Shown piece by piece: positions 30,115 through 38,018 of a DNA stretch of 64,000 nucleotides. The DNA comes from Myxococcales bacterium (GTDB lineage Bacteria > Myxococcota_A > Polyangia > Polyangiales > Houyiibacteriaceae): assembly GCA_029863605.1 (NCBI GenBank), contig JAOTVB010000003.1:137658-201657 (forward strand), written 5' to 3'. A program made the position numbers and the translations under genes. The stretch's first letter is position 1; the number at the start of each line of letters is the position of its first letter. The notes beneath the pieces were generated by a model. It did no database searches. It was not told the origin of the DNA and saw only the letters and a list, made by a program, of their open reading frames with translations.

Positions 30115-30644
30115 TGATCTATGAGCTCGACCAAAAGAGAGTACGCATCGAGGGCGAGGTCTTCGTGGCGGACTCGGCCGACATCATCGGCTCGGTCGTG
30201 CTCAAGAACAAATCGAGCGTATGGTTCAACGCGGTCGTGCGCGGTGACTCCGACGAGATCATCATCGGCCAAGAGAGTAATGTACAGGATGGCGCCTTGT
30301 TGCACACCGACCCTGGCATTCCGCTGACCTTGGGCCGCGGTGTGACGGTGGGGCACCACGCGGTCGTGCACGGTTGCCAGGTGGGGGATTACAGCTTGAT
30401 CGGCATCAACGCGGTCGTCCTGAACAACGCCACAATCGGCAAGTACTGTACGATTGGCGCGAATGCGCTCGTGACCCAGGGCCAAGAAATTCCCGATTAT
30501 TCCGTAGTCTTGGGCTCGCCTGGGAAGATCGTCCGGCAGCTCGACCCAAGCAAGCGCGAGGGGCTGGAAAAGAGCGCCGCAGGATACGTCGAGCGCGCGC
30601 GACGCTACTTGAAGGCACTCCATCCCGACATCCGCTTCTCCTAG
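30114..30644 (+). CDS. gamma-carbonic anhydrase-like / hexapeptide-repeat (LbH) protein
   Basis: [30 protein letters not shown]...[16 protein letters not shown]...GHHAVVHGC is the typical gamma-CA/YrdA/PaaY fold signature. TGATG overlap with the upstream gene. Confidence 0.8.
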   Translation: MIYELDQKRVRIEGEVFVADSADIIGSVVLKNKSSVWFNAVVRGDSDEIIIGQESNVQDGALLHTDPGIPLTLGRGVTVGHHAVVHGCQVGDYSLIGINAVVLNNATIGKYCTIGANALVTQGQEIPDYSVVLGSPGKIVRQLDPSKREGLEKSAAGYVERARRYLKALHPDIRFS

Positions 30645-30662
30645 GCGCTCGCGTGGGGGTCA
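30642..30662. repeat. partial copy (left arm only) of the REP-like element, copy C
   Basis: TAGGCGCTCGCGTGGGGGTCA matches TAGGCGCTAGCGTGGGGGCAG at 48857 (17 of the first 18 nt). It starts on the TAG stop of the plus-strand gene and ends on the stop of the convergent gene. Confidence 0.5.
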
Positions 30663-31529
30663 CAGTCGCTCGAACCGTGTCAGCAGCCTTGTCTCGCCGA
30701 CCTCTTCGCAGAGTGCTTCGAGGGCGGGGCGGTCGGGACCGCGCCACTTCATGTCGTCTAGCGATTCTCCGATCGGCACGTCGAGTCTCAAAGTCGCGAG
30801 CTCTCGATAGAGGCGCGCTTCGTCGCGCATCGCGTTCAGATTCTTCGAGAGCACTGCCGCGCCCCGAACCTTGACCCCCCACGCCTCGTGATCGATCGGA
30901 ATGTCCTCGAGGTGACCGAACTTGGCGAGCACGGCTGCCGTGCTCTTGGCCCCCCAACGGGGGATGCCGGGGATGCCGTCCGCGCTGTCGCCCACCAGCG
31001 CGAGATAGTCGGGGATCGAGTCGGGGAGCAGGCCGAACTTCTCTTCAACCCCGCGCTCGTCGAGCAAGATCTTCCGCCGACGATCGAGGGTAACGACACG
31101 GCTACCCCGAACGCATTGGCACAGGTCCTTGTCGGGCGAGCAGATCACGACTTGTTCGACGCCGGGGGCGTCGCCGAACCTCGCCGCCGCCGTCGCCAGC
31201 GCATCGTCTGCTTCGAACTCGACCATCGGCCAAGTGACGATCCCGAGCGCCTGGCTCGCACGCTCCGCAAGGGAGAATTGCCCATACAAGGCCGGGTCCA
31301 GGTCCTCGCCGGTTTTGTAGCCGTCGAACAGGTCATTGCGAAACGACTCGACCGTGTGGTCAAACGCGCAACCCACGTGCGTCACCTCCGAGTCTCGAAG
31401 GAGGGCCGCCATCGACCGGAGGAAGCCGCGGGTCGCCCCGACCTCCATTCCGCTCGGTGAGGTCGCTTCGGGTGCTCCGAACCACGCACGAAAGAGCTCG
31501 TAGGTTCCGTCGACGAGGTGGACCTTCAT
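30660..31529 (-). CDS. 5'-3' exonuclease / flap endonuclease (Xni/ExoIX-like)
   Basis: MKVHLVDGTYELFRAWF..., the acidic metal-binding blocks (FEADD, SPDKD), and an H3TH block (GDSADGIPGIPRWGAKSTA). Confidence 0.8.
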   Translation of the reverse strand: MKVHLVDGTYELFRAWFGAPEATSPSGMEVGATRGFLRSMAALLRDSEVTHVGCAFDHTVESFRNDLFDGYKTGEDLDPALYGQFSLAERASQALGIVTWPMVEFEADDALATAAARFGDAPGVEQVVICSPDKDLCQCVRGSRVVTLDRRRKILLDERGVEEKFGLLPDSIPDYLALVGDSADGIPGIPRWGAKSTAAVLAKFGHLEDIPIDHEAWGVKVRGAAVLSKNLNAMRDEARLYRELATLRLDVPIGESLDDMKWRGPDRPALEALCEEVGETRLLTRFERL

Positions 31530-31692
31530 CGCCCGGTCTTACCCCAACTCGCCGCCTCAGCACGGGCGGCAGGGAGAACGATCGGCATTTCGAATACTTG
31601 TGAAACGATCTTCTAGGCTCGAGCGACCCTGAATCGAGAGGAGACGCGGGACGTCGCACGATCGCCGCGGCCTTGACACTCGGGTGTCGATA

Positions 31693-31769
31693 CCACCAAA
31701 TATCGCGTCTTTTTTGCGAGGGCACCCCCATATCTTGTACCTTGTAGGTTATGACCATACATAGAGTGT
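31693..31769 (+). promoter_or_regulatory. candidate NrdR boxes and promoter of nrdJ
   Basis: Three 16-mers resemble the NrdR box consensus acaCwAtATaTwGtgt (recalled from the literature): ccaccaaatatcgcgt (31693), cccccatatcttgtac (31725) and accatacatagagtgt (31754). They match 10-12 of 16 positions. Centres are spaced 32 and 29 bp. The second and third overlap a TTGTAC-17-TACATA promoter-like pair. Confidence 0.45.
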
Positions 31770-32075
31770 AACCTAATGCGGCTGCCGATCAGCCTCTGTC
31801 CAGCGGGGCCTGAGCCTCGGAGAATCGCCGGCGATCACCCTTCACAACTGCGCGAAATCATGAATGAAACGAAGAAAAAGCAAACGGTCGAACATTTGTG
31901 CTTGACTGTGTCCTGTCGGGGGGGCTACTCCGCAGGCTCGTCCCCTAGCGGTTGTGGTGGCAAGGAGGCTGCCAGCGCAATCCCTTGTGGGATCATTGTG
32001 GATAGGGCGTGGATCACCTGGGGACGGTGGGTGGACAGCGTTCAGTGGTGAAGTGCGTCTGGTTGGAGGTATGCT

Positions 32076-35000
32076 GTGGCACTAGAAACTAGGGGAATGA
32101 CGAGCAATTTACAGATCGAAGGCGCCCGAAGGGCGGAGGTGTCGCAGAAGGCAGGCGGCTTATCGGTCGAACGGCAGCTCACTAAGCCTGACGAAAACCC
32201 GCTCGAAACCGTCGAGTATGTTTTGCGCGACAGCCAGATCACCAACTCGGATGGTTCGGTCGTCTTCGAGCTCAAAGGTGCACAGGTCCCCGAAGGCTGG
32301 AGTCAGCTCGCGACCGACATCGCGGTTTCGAAGTATTTCCGGAAGGCCGGGATCCACGGCGACAAGAAACGCGGCGAAAAGAGCGTTCGCGAGCTGGTGT
32401 ATAGGGTCGCCCACTCCATACGAGAAGCCGGCGAGGTGCTTGGGGGGTACTTTGCCGATGAAGAGGCCGCCGAGACATTCGAAGCCGAGCTCTCGCATCT
32501 ATTGATCCACCAAAAGGCCGCGTTCAACTCACCGGTTTGGTTCAACTGCGGCCTCTACCAGCGTTACGGTATCGAGGGGTCCGGTGGAAACTACGCGTGG
32601 CACCCCGAGCAGGACGTCATCCTCCAAACCGACACGGCGTATGAGCATCCACAGTGCTCCGCGTGTTTCATCCAGGCGGTCGACGACGATCTCATGGCGA
32701 TCTACGACCTCATCAAGAACGAAGCCCGCCTCTTCAAGTACGGCTCCGGCACCGGCACTAACTTCTCCAAGATTCGCGGCAAGCAAGAGAAGCTCTCCGG
32801 TGGCGGCACGTCGAGCGGTCTGATGAGCTTCCTCGAGGTGCTCGACCGTGCGGCGGGTGCGACCAAGTCCGGAGGGACGACCCGCCGGGCAGCCAAGATG
32901 GTCTGCCTCGACATGGACCACCCCGAGATCGTCGACTTCATCGAGTGGAAAGTCCGTGAGGAAAAGAAGGCGCGAGCGCTGATTGAAGCCGGGTACGAGG
33001 CCGATTTCAACGGCGAGGCTTATCACACCATCTCCGGTCAGAACTCGAACAACTCGCTTCGCGTCACCGACGAGTTCATGAAGGCGCTCGAGACCGACGG
33101 TGAGTGGAAAACCACTTTCAGGACCACGGGAGAGGTTTGCGACACGTACCGGGCGCGAGACCTCTGGCGGAAGATCGCCCAGGCCGCATGGGGCTGCGCC
33201 GACCCCGGCGTTCAGTACGACACCACGATCAACGACTGGCACACCTGTCCAAATACCGACCGGATCAACGCTTCGAATCCGTGCTCGGAATACATGTTCC
33301 TCGACAATTCAGCCTGCAACCTCGCGTCGATCAATCTTTCGAAGTTCCTCGATCAAGAAGGCGAGTTCGACATCGAAGGTTACCGCCAGGCAATTCGTGT
33401 GTTGATCATCGCGATGGACATCTTGGTCGACTACGCGAGCTATCCAACTCAGCCCATCGCCAAGAACAGCCACGACTACAGGCCGCTTGGGCTCGGCTAC
33501 GCAAACCTCGGCACGCTCTTGATGCAACTCGGCATCCCATACGACAGCGACGAAGGGCGGACGATCTGTGCGGCGCTGACTTCGATTCTCTGCGGTCATG
33601 CCTACGCGACATCGGCTGAGCTCGCAGCGACAAAAGGGCCCTTTGCGGGGTTCCAGCGGAACCGGCAGCCGATGCTGCGGGTGATGGGAAAGCATCGGGA
33701 GGCGGCTTATCGCGTCAACGAAGTAGGCGGGCCAGGCATGACCAATGGAGAACCGACCGCATGCCCACCGGAGCTCATCCATGCCGCCCACGAGGACTGG
33801 GATCTCGCGTGCAGACTCGGGGAGATGTACGGCTATCGGAACTCGCAGACGACCGTGCTCGCACCGACCGGAACGATCGGGCTCTTGATGGATTGCGACA
33901 CGACCGGCATCGAGCCGGACTTCGCACTCGTCAAATTCAAGAAGCTTGCCGGCGGTGGCTACTTCAAGATCGTCAATCAGAGCGTCCCGAACGCGCTCGC
34001 GCGGCTCGGATACACCGCCGCACAGGTGGCAGACATCGTGTCGTACGTAACCGGTACCAACACTTTTACCGGCGCGCCGCACTTCGGTCGCAAGGCGCTT
34101 CTCGACAAAGGCGTCACCGAGCGTGAGCTTGAGAAGGCAGAGAGCGCACTTCGCGGCGTGTTCGACGTTGGATCGGCACTGGCGCCTTGGGTGATCGGAA
34201 CCGAGGCCTACGACCGGCTCGAAATCCCGTCCGACGTCTACAACAAGCCAGGCTTTCACCTGCTTCGATACTGGGGGGTTTCCGACAAACAGATCGGCGA
34301 GATCAACGACGTGGTCATCGGCCGCATGACCGTCGAGGGCGCACCGCATCTTCGAGCCGAGCACCTACCGGTGTTCGATTGTGCCAACCGTTGCGGCAAG
34401 ATCGGCGAGCGGTTCATCGAGCCGATGGCCCACGTCCACATGATGGCAGCAGCGCAGCCGTTTCTCTCCGGTGCGATCTCGAAGACGGTCAACCTTCCGG
34501 CAGACTCGACGGTCGAGGACGTCGAGCAGATCTATAAAGAAGGCTGGAAACTCGGGCTCAAGGCCATTGCGCTTTACCGCGATGGGTCGAAGTCATCGCA
34601 GCCGCTCAACACCTCAGACAACACGAATGACCAAGAAGAATCGAACGATGTGGCTCAGGCCCTCGAAGGCCCGGTGCGCGAATGGCTGACGCCCCCGCCG
34701 ACCCGCAGACATCGGCTCCCGCAAAAGCGTCGTGGCTTCACGCAGGAAGCGCGAATCGGTGGTCACAAAGTGTTCTTGCGGACGGGCGAGTACGAAGACG
34801 GCTCTCTTGGTGAGATTTTCATCGACATGCACAAGGAGGGAGCGGCGTTCCGTTCGTTGATGAACTGCTTCGCGATCAGTGTGTCGATGGGTTTACAGCA
34901 CGGCGTTCCGCTCGATGCATACGTCAGGCAGTTCACGTTCACGCGGTTTGAGCCGCAAGGGATCGTCGAGGGTCATCCGAACATCAAGTTCTCTACGTCG

Positions 35001-35351
35001 ATCATCGACTATGTTTTCCGCGTGCTCGGGGTCGAGTACCTGAAGCAGTACGACTTCGCTCAGGTGCCCCCGAAAGAAGAGCAAGAAGAGCTCCAGAACC
35101 CAACCGACGTTGCGGCGGTGCAGCGCCTCGAGGGCTCCTCACCAAGCGAGCCTCCTCCGGAGATCGAGCCTGCCGAGCAGGTCACGTTCGGGTTCGACGA
35201 TAAGGCCGCCGCCCAACCCAGTCCTCTCGACCAACAACTCGGCGAAATGATGGGCGACGCCCCGATGTGCGACAAGTGCGGGCACATCACGGTGCGAAAC
35301 GGGGCTTGTTACAAGTGCCTAAACTGCGGCAACTCCATGGGCTGCTCCTGA
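32076..35351 (+). CDS. nrdJ: adenosylcobalamin-dependent (class II) ribonucleoside-diphosphate reductase NrdJ
   Basis: 1091 aa with class II RNR blocks (FNSPVWFNCG, CSACFI, NPCSEY, TVNLP) and a C-terminal Cys-rich tail (CDKCGH...CYKCLNCG). GTG at 32076 is preceded by GGAGG; an alternative ATG is at 32097. Confidence 0.92.
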   Translation: MALETRGMTSNLQIEGARRAEVSQKAGGLSVERQLTKPDENPLETVEYVLRDSQITNSDGSVVFELKGAQVPEGWSQLATDIAVSKYFRKAGIHGDKKRGEKSVRELVYRVAHSIREAGEVLGGYFADEEAAETFEAELSHLLIHQKAAFNSPVWFNCGLYQRYGIEGSGGNYAWHPEQDVILQTDTAYEHPQCSACFIQAVDDDLMAIYDLIKNEARLFKYGSGTGTNFSKIRGKQEKLSGGGTSSGLMSFLEVLDRAAGATKSGGTTRRAAKMVCLDMDHPEIVDFIEWKVREEKKARALIEAGYEADFNGEAYHTISGQNSNNSLRVTDEFMKALETDGEWKTTFRTTGEVCDTYRARDLWRKIAQAAWGCADPGVQYDTTINDWHTCPNTDRINASNPCSEYMFLDNSACNLASINLSKFLDQEGEFDIEGYRQAIRVLIIAMDILVDYASYPTQPIAKNSHDYRPLGLGYANLGTLLMQLGIPYDSDEGRTICAALTSILCGHAYATSAELAATKGPFAGFQRNRQPMLRVMGKHREAAYRVNEVGGPGMTNGEPTACPPELIHAAHEDWDLACRLGEMYGYRNSQTTVLAPTGTIGLLMDCDTTGIEPDFALVKFKKLAGGGYFKIVNQSVPNALARLGYTAAQVADIVSYVTGTNTFTGAPHFGRKALLDKGVTERELEKAESALRGVFDVGSALAPWVIGTEAYDRLEIPSDVYNKPGFHLLRYWGVSDKQIGEINDVVIGRMTVEGAPHLRAEHLPVFDCANRCGKIGERFIEPMAHVHMMAAAQPFLSGAISKTVNLPADSTVEDVEQIYKEGWKLGLKAIALYRDGSKSSQPLNTSDNTNDQEESNDVAQALEGPVREWLTPPPTRRHRLPQKRRGFTQEARIGGHKVFLRTGEYEDGSLGEIFIDMHKEGAAFRSLMNCFAISVSMGLQHGVPLDAYVRQFTFTRFEPQGIVEGHPNIKFSTSIIDYVFRVLGVEYLKQYDFAQVPPKEEQEELQNPTDVAAVQRLEGSSPSEPPPEIEPAEQVTFGFDDKAAAQPSPLDQQLGEMMGDAPMCDKCGHITVRNGACYKCLNCGNSMGCS

Positions 35352-35454
35352 CGGGCCGATCCACCGCCATCTGTCGGCTTTCGTCCTCGGGCCTTCGCTG
35401 CGAAATACGTTTCAGCGCTCGCCGACCGACGCACCTGAGCCTCGTCAGGATCCA

Positions 35455-35526
35455 CTGGCACTGGCACTGACGCTGGCACTGACGCGGGCACTGAGACTGA
35501 TACTGACACTGGCGCTGGCACTGACG
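35455..35526 (+). repeat. degenerate hexanucleotide tandem array (CTGRCR) x12
   Basis: CTGGCA CTGGCA CTGACG CTGGCA CTGACG CGGGCA CTGAGA CTGATA CTGACA CTGGCG CTGGCA CTGACG. Intergenic, ending 32 bp upstream of the ATG at 35559. Confidence 0.9.
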
Positions 35527-35558
35527 CTCCGGGCGTCGTCTGTTACAGTGGCCCACGT

Positions 35559-37379
35559 ATGCCGAGCCTCAAGTGGATCGTCCCTCGAGGACGACCCCGC
35601 GTGTTTGCGATCTACAAGCGTGTGACGTCGATCGGGCGCGCTGGCGCGAACGACATCTCCGTCGATGCGGACTCTCTCGAGGAGCATCACGCTCAGGTGG
35701 TATTCGACGGCAGGGACTTTTCGCTGAGTGCCGTAGACCCCGAGAGCGTCATTCTCGTCAACGGGAAGAAGAAGAAAAAGTCGAAGATTTTTCACAACGA
35801 CAAGCTCACGCTTGGGGACGTCGAGCTGGTTTTCTCGCTCTATGACGAAGGCTCCTCACGCGAGCGGGGTGACGACGAAGGGTCGCAGACCTCGGAGCTC
35901 GCGGGGATGATGAAGCTCAGCGATTTCAACCGTCGGCTTCTCGAGATACGCGCGGTTCCCGACCAAATTGAAGCGCTCCTCGACGCGGTGATCGATGTCG
36001 TTCATGCCAACAAGGGCTTCGTGATTCTCCTTCGGAACGGCGACCCCCAGATCGCTGCAGCGCGGAACGTCGATCAGGAGACGATTCCAGACGCGGTTAC
36101 CCAGCTCTCCGACAGCATCCTTCGTCGGTGCATCGATTCGAGGCAGCCATTGATCGTCAGCGATGCGGTGAACGACACGATGTTCCGCTCGAGCGAAAGC
36201 GTGCTGAACCTCGAGTTGAGCTCGGTGATGGTCGCCCCGCTCATTGCGCAGGGCCAGCTTCTTGGCTTGATCTATGTCGGGAACGACAACGTCGTGAACC
36301 TGTTCGAGCAGTCGAGCCTCGAGATCTTGACCGTCTTCGCAGCGCAGGCCTCGCTGATCCTACAAAACGCAATCCTGCTCGATCAGCTGACCACCGACCG
36401 CGATCGGATGGCAGAGGAGCTCGATGCGCAGCGCTTCGGCGACATCATCGGCAGTTGTCCGAGCCTTCTCCAGGTATTTCGACGTGTCGAGAAGGTCGCC
36501 GTCGCGGACATCAACGTCTTGATCACCGGCGAGACGGGCACTGGAAAAGAACTGATCGCACGTGAGCTTCATCGCCGCTCGAACCGGTCGGAAAAGCCAT
36601 TCATCGTCGTCAATTGTGGGGCGATTCCCGAGAACCTGATGGAGTCGGAGCTTTTCGGTCACGTTCGTGGCGCGTTTACGGGAGCCGTGGCAACTCGAGA
36701 GGGCAGCTTCCAAGCCGCGGACGGCGGCACTCTGTTTCTCGACGAGATCGGCGAGATGCCGCTCGCGCTTCAAGTGAAGCTCCTCCGCGCACTTCAGGAG
36801 CGCGAGGTGGTCAAGGTCGGGGACACGAAAACGCAGTCGGTCGATATCCGCGTCATCGCCGCGACCAACCGCGAGCTCGAGGCTTGCATCAAAGAGGGCA
36901 CGTTCCGCGAGGATCTCTACTACCGATTGAACGTGGTCAACCTTCACCTTCCGCCACTTCGAGAACGGGGCGACGACATCGTGATCCTGGCAAAGTTTCT
37001 GCTCAAGAAGTACGCCGCCGAGTTCGGCGCCACGGTCAAGGGTTTCACGCCCAAGGCGCTCGAAGCGATGCGCGGTTATGATTGGCCCGGAAACGTTCGA
37101 CAGCTCGAGAACCGGCTCAAGAAGGCGATCGTCCTTGCCGACAAGACGCTCATCGGCGTCGATGACCTCGACCTCGGGGGCGACCAGCGACGCGCGGTCG
37201 TTCCACTGACCCAGGCACGCGAGGACTTCACCCGGCAATACATCCTCGACGTCCTCGAGCGAAACGGTGGCAACCGTACCCGTACAGCCCGAGATCTCGG
37301 GGTCGACCCGCGCACCGTCTTCCGTTATCTCGAACGTGAGCCCGATGCTCCAGATCCCGGGGGGGCTGCCGAGGGCTGA
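35559..37379 (+). CDS. FHA-GAF-sigma-54 AAA+ transcriptional activator (Fis-type HTH)
   Basis: N-terminal FHA (VTSIGRAGANDISVD...HHAQVVFDG...VNGKK), GAF, AAA+ (GETGTGKE, GAFTGA, ESELFGH) and HTH (GNRTRTARDLGVDPRTVFRYL). Confidence 0.9.
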   Translation: MPSLKWIVPRGRPRVFAIYKRVTSIGRAGANDISVDADSLEEHHAQVVFDGRDFSLSAVDPESVILVNGKKKKKSKIFHNDKLTLGDVELVFSLYDEGSSRERGDDEGSQTSELAGMMKLSDFNRRLLEIRAVPDQIEALLDAVIDVVHANKGFVILLRNGDPQIAAARNVDQETIPDAVTQLSDSILRRCIDSRQPLIVSDAVNDTMFRSSESVLNLELSSVMVAPLIAQGQLLGLIYVGNDNVVNLFEQSSLEILTVFAAQASLILQNAILLDQLTTDRDRMAEELDAQRFGDIIGSCPSLLQVFRRVEKVAVADINVLITGETGTGKELIARELHRRSNRSEKPFIVVNCGAIPENLMESELFGHVRGAFTGAVATREGSFQAADGGTLFLDEIGEMPLALQVKLLRALQEREVVKVGDTKTQSVDIRVIAATNRELEACIKEGTFREDLYYRLNVVNLHLPPLRERGDDIVILAKFLLKKYAAEFGATVKGFTPKALEAMRGYDWPGNVRQLENRLKKAIVLADKTLIGVDDLDLGGDQRRAVVPLTQAREDFTRQYILDVLERNGGNRTRTARDLGVDPRTVFRYLEREPDAPDPGGAAEG

Positions 37380-37421
37380 CATTTGTGTCATAGGAACCCC
37401 CTGGTTTTCGTGGAATAATCC

Positions 37422-38018
37422 GTGAAAACTGCGTATTTCCGGCGCGGGAGCCCCGGCATGGCCCTTGCTTCTAAATTTCCGTGGATGCTTCTCTTTGCTT
37501 CATGTGCGTCGGTGGGCCTTTCCGCTTCGAGCTCGGGGTGCATTGCGACCGATCGCATCCAGTTCGAGCCGACCGAGAACTTCCCCCCGTCGATCATCAG
37601 CCAGCCCGAGGCCGAGTTCCCGCTGAACGAGATCGGCCAGGTCAATCTCGATGACCCGCTGCCACCAGGGCAAGCGGCCGAAATCCTGCTTCAGACCATC
37701 ATCCGAGACCCGAACTTCGATCAGACGCTCCAGTACCGCATCTTTCTCGACTCTCCCCCGCCGCCAGCCTCGGAGATCCCCATCCTGTCCGGCGACATCG
37801 ACCCAAGCGGGTTTCTCGAGCGTGACCGTGAGTTTGCCGTCTCTTACGAAGCGCTCGCTCCGGGGATCTGCCACAAGATCGAGCTTGTGGTCGTGGGCCA
37901 GTTCGCGAGCTTCGTCGAGCCGCGACGACCCGTCGATCTGGGCGACATCGATCAAGTGACCTGGTGGGTTGAAGTCACCGACGACGACAACCCGGAGATC
38001 ACGCAGGGGTGTCGATGA
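37422..38018 (+). CDS. hypothetical lipoprotein
   Basis: Signal/lipobox-like N-terminus (LLFASCASVGLSASSSGC). No recognisable family. Begins 42 bp after the sigma-54 activator, and its stop overlaps the next start (ATGA). Confidence 0.6.
   Translation: MKTAYFRRGSPGMALASKFPWMLLFASCASVGLSASSSGCIATDRIQFEPTENFPPSIISQPEAEFPLNEIGQVNLDDPLPPGQAAEILLQTIIRDPNFDQTLQYRIFLDSPPPPASEIPILSGDIDPSGFLERDREFAVSYEALAPGICHKIELVVVGQFASFVEPRRPVDLGDIDQVTWWVEVTDDDNPEITQGCR

Noticed and set aside
31780-32075. Cobalamin riboswitch in the nrdJ leader, and the 91-aa ORF 31776..32051
   Set aside because: I could not find the conserved B12-box or the GGTG...AA.TCC core. NrdJ uses B12 as a cofactor, but by recollection B12 riboswitches normally sit on B12-independent isozymes. 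The ORF has no RBS and a mixed composition. A definitive answer needs an Rfam scan.
35455-35526. Sigma-54 promoter hidden in the hexamer array (repeated TGGCAC)
   Set aside because: TGGCAC is followed after 5 nt by CTGG rather than TTGC, so the invariant -12 GC is missing at the required GG-N10-GC spacing in every register.
35287-35556. ORFs encoding QCQRQC, SVPASVP or SASVSA repeats (35287..35556, 35309..35521, 35445..35795) and the LTLALLLTLALT stretch in 42564..43268
   Set aside because: These are translation artefacts of the hexamer arrays. They overlap nrdJ, the activator gene, bioA or ftsK, and have no start or RBS context.
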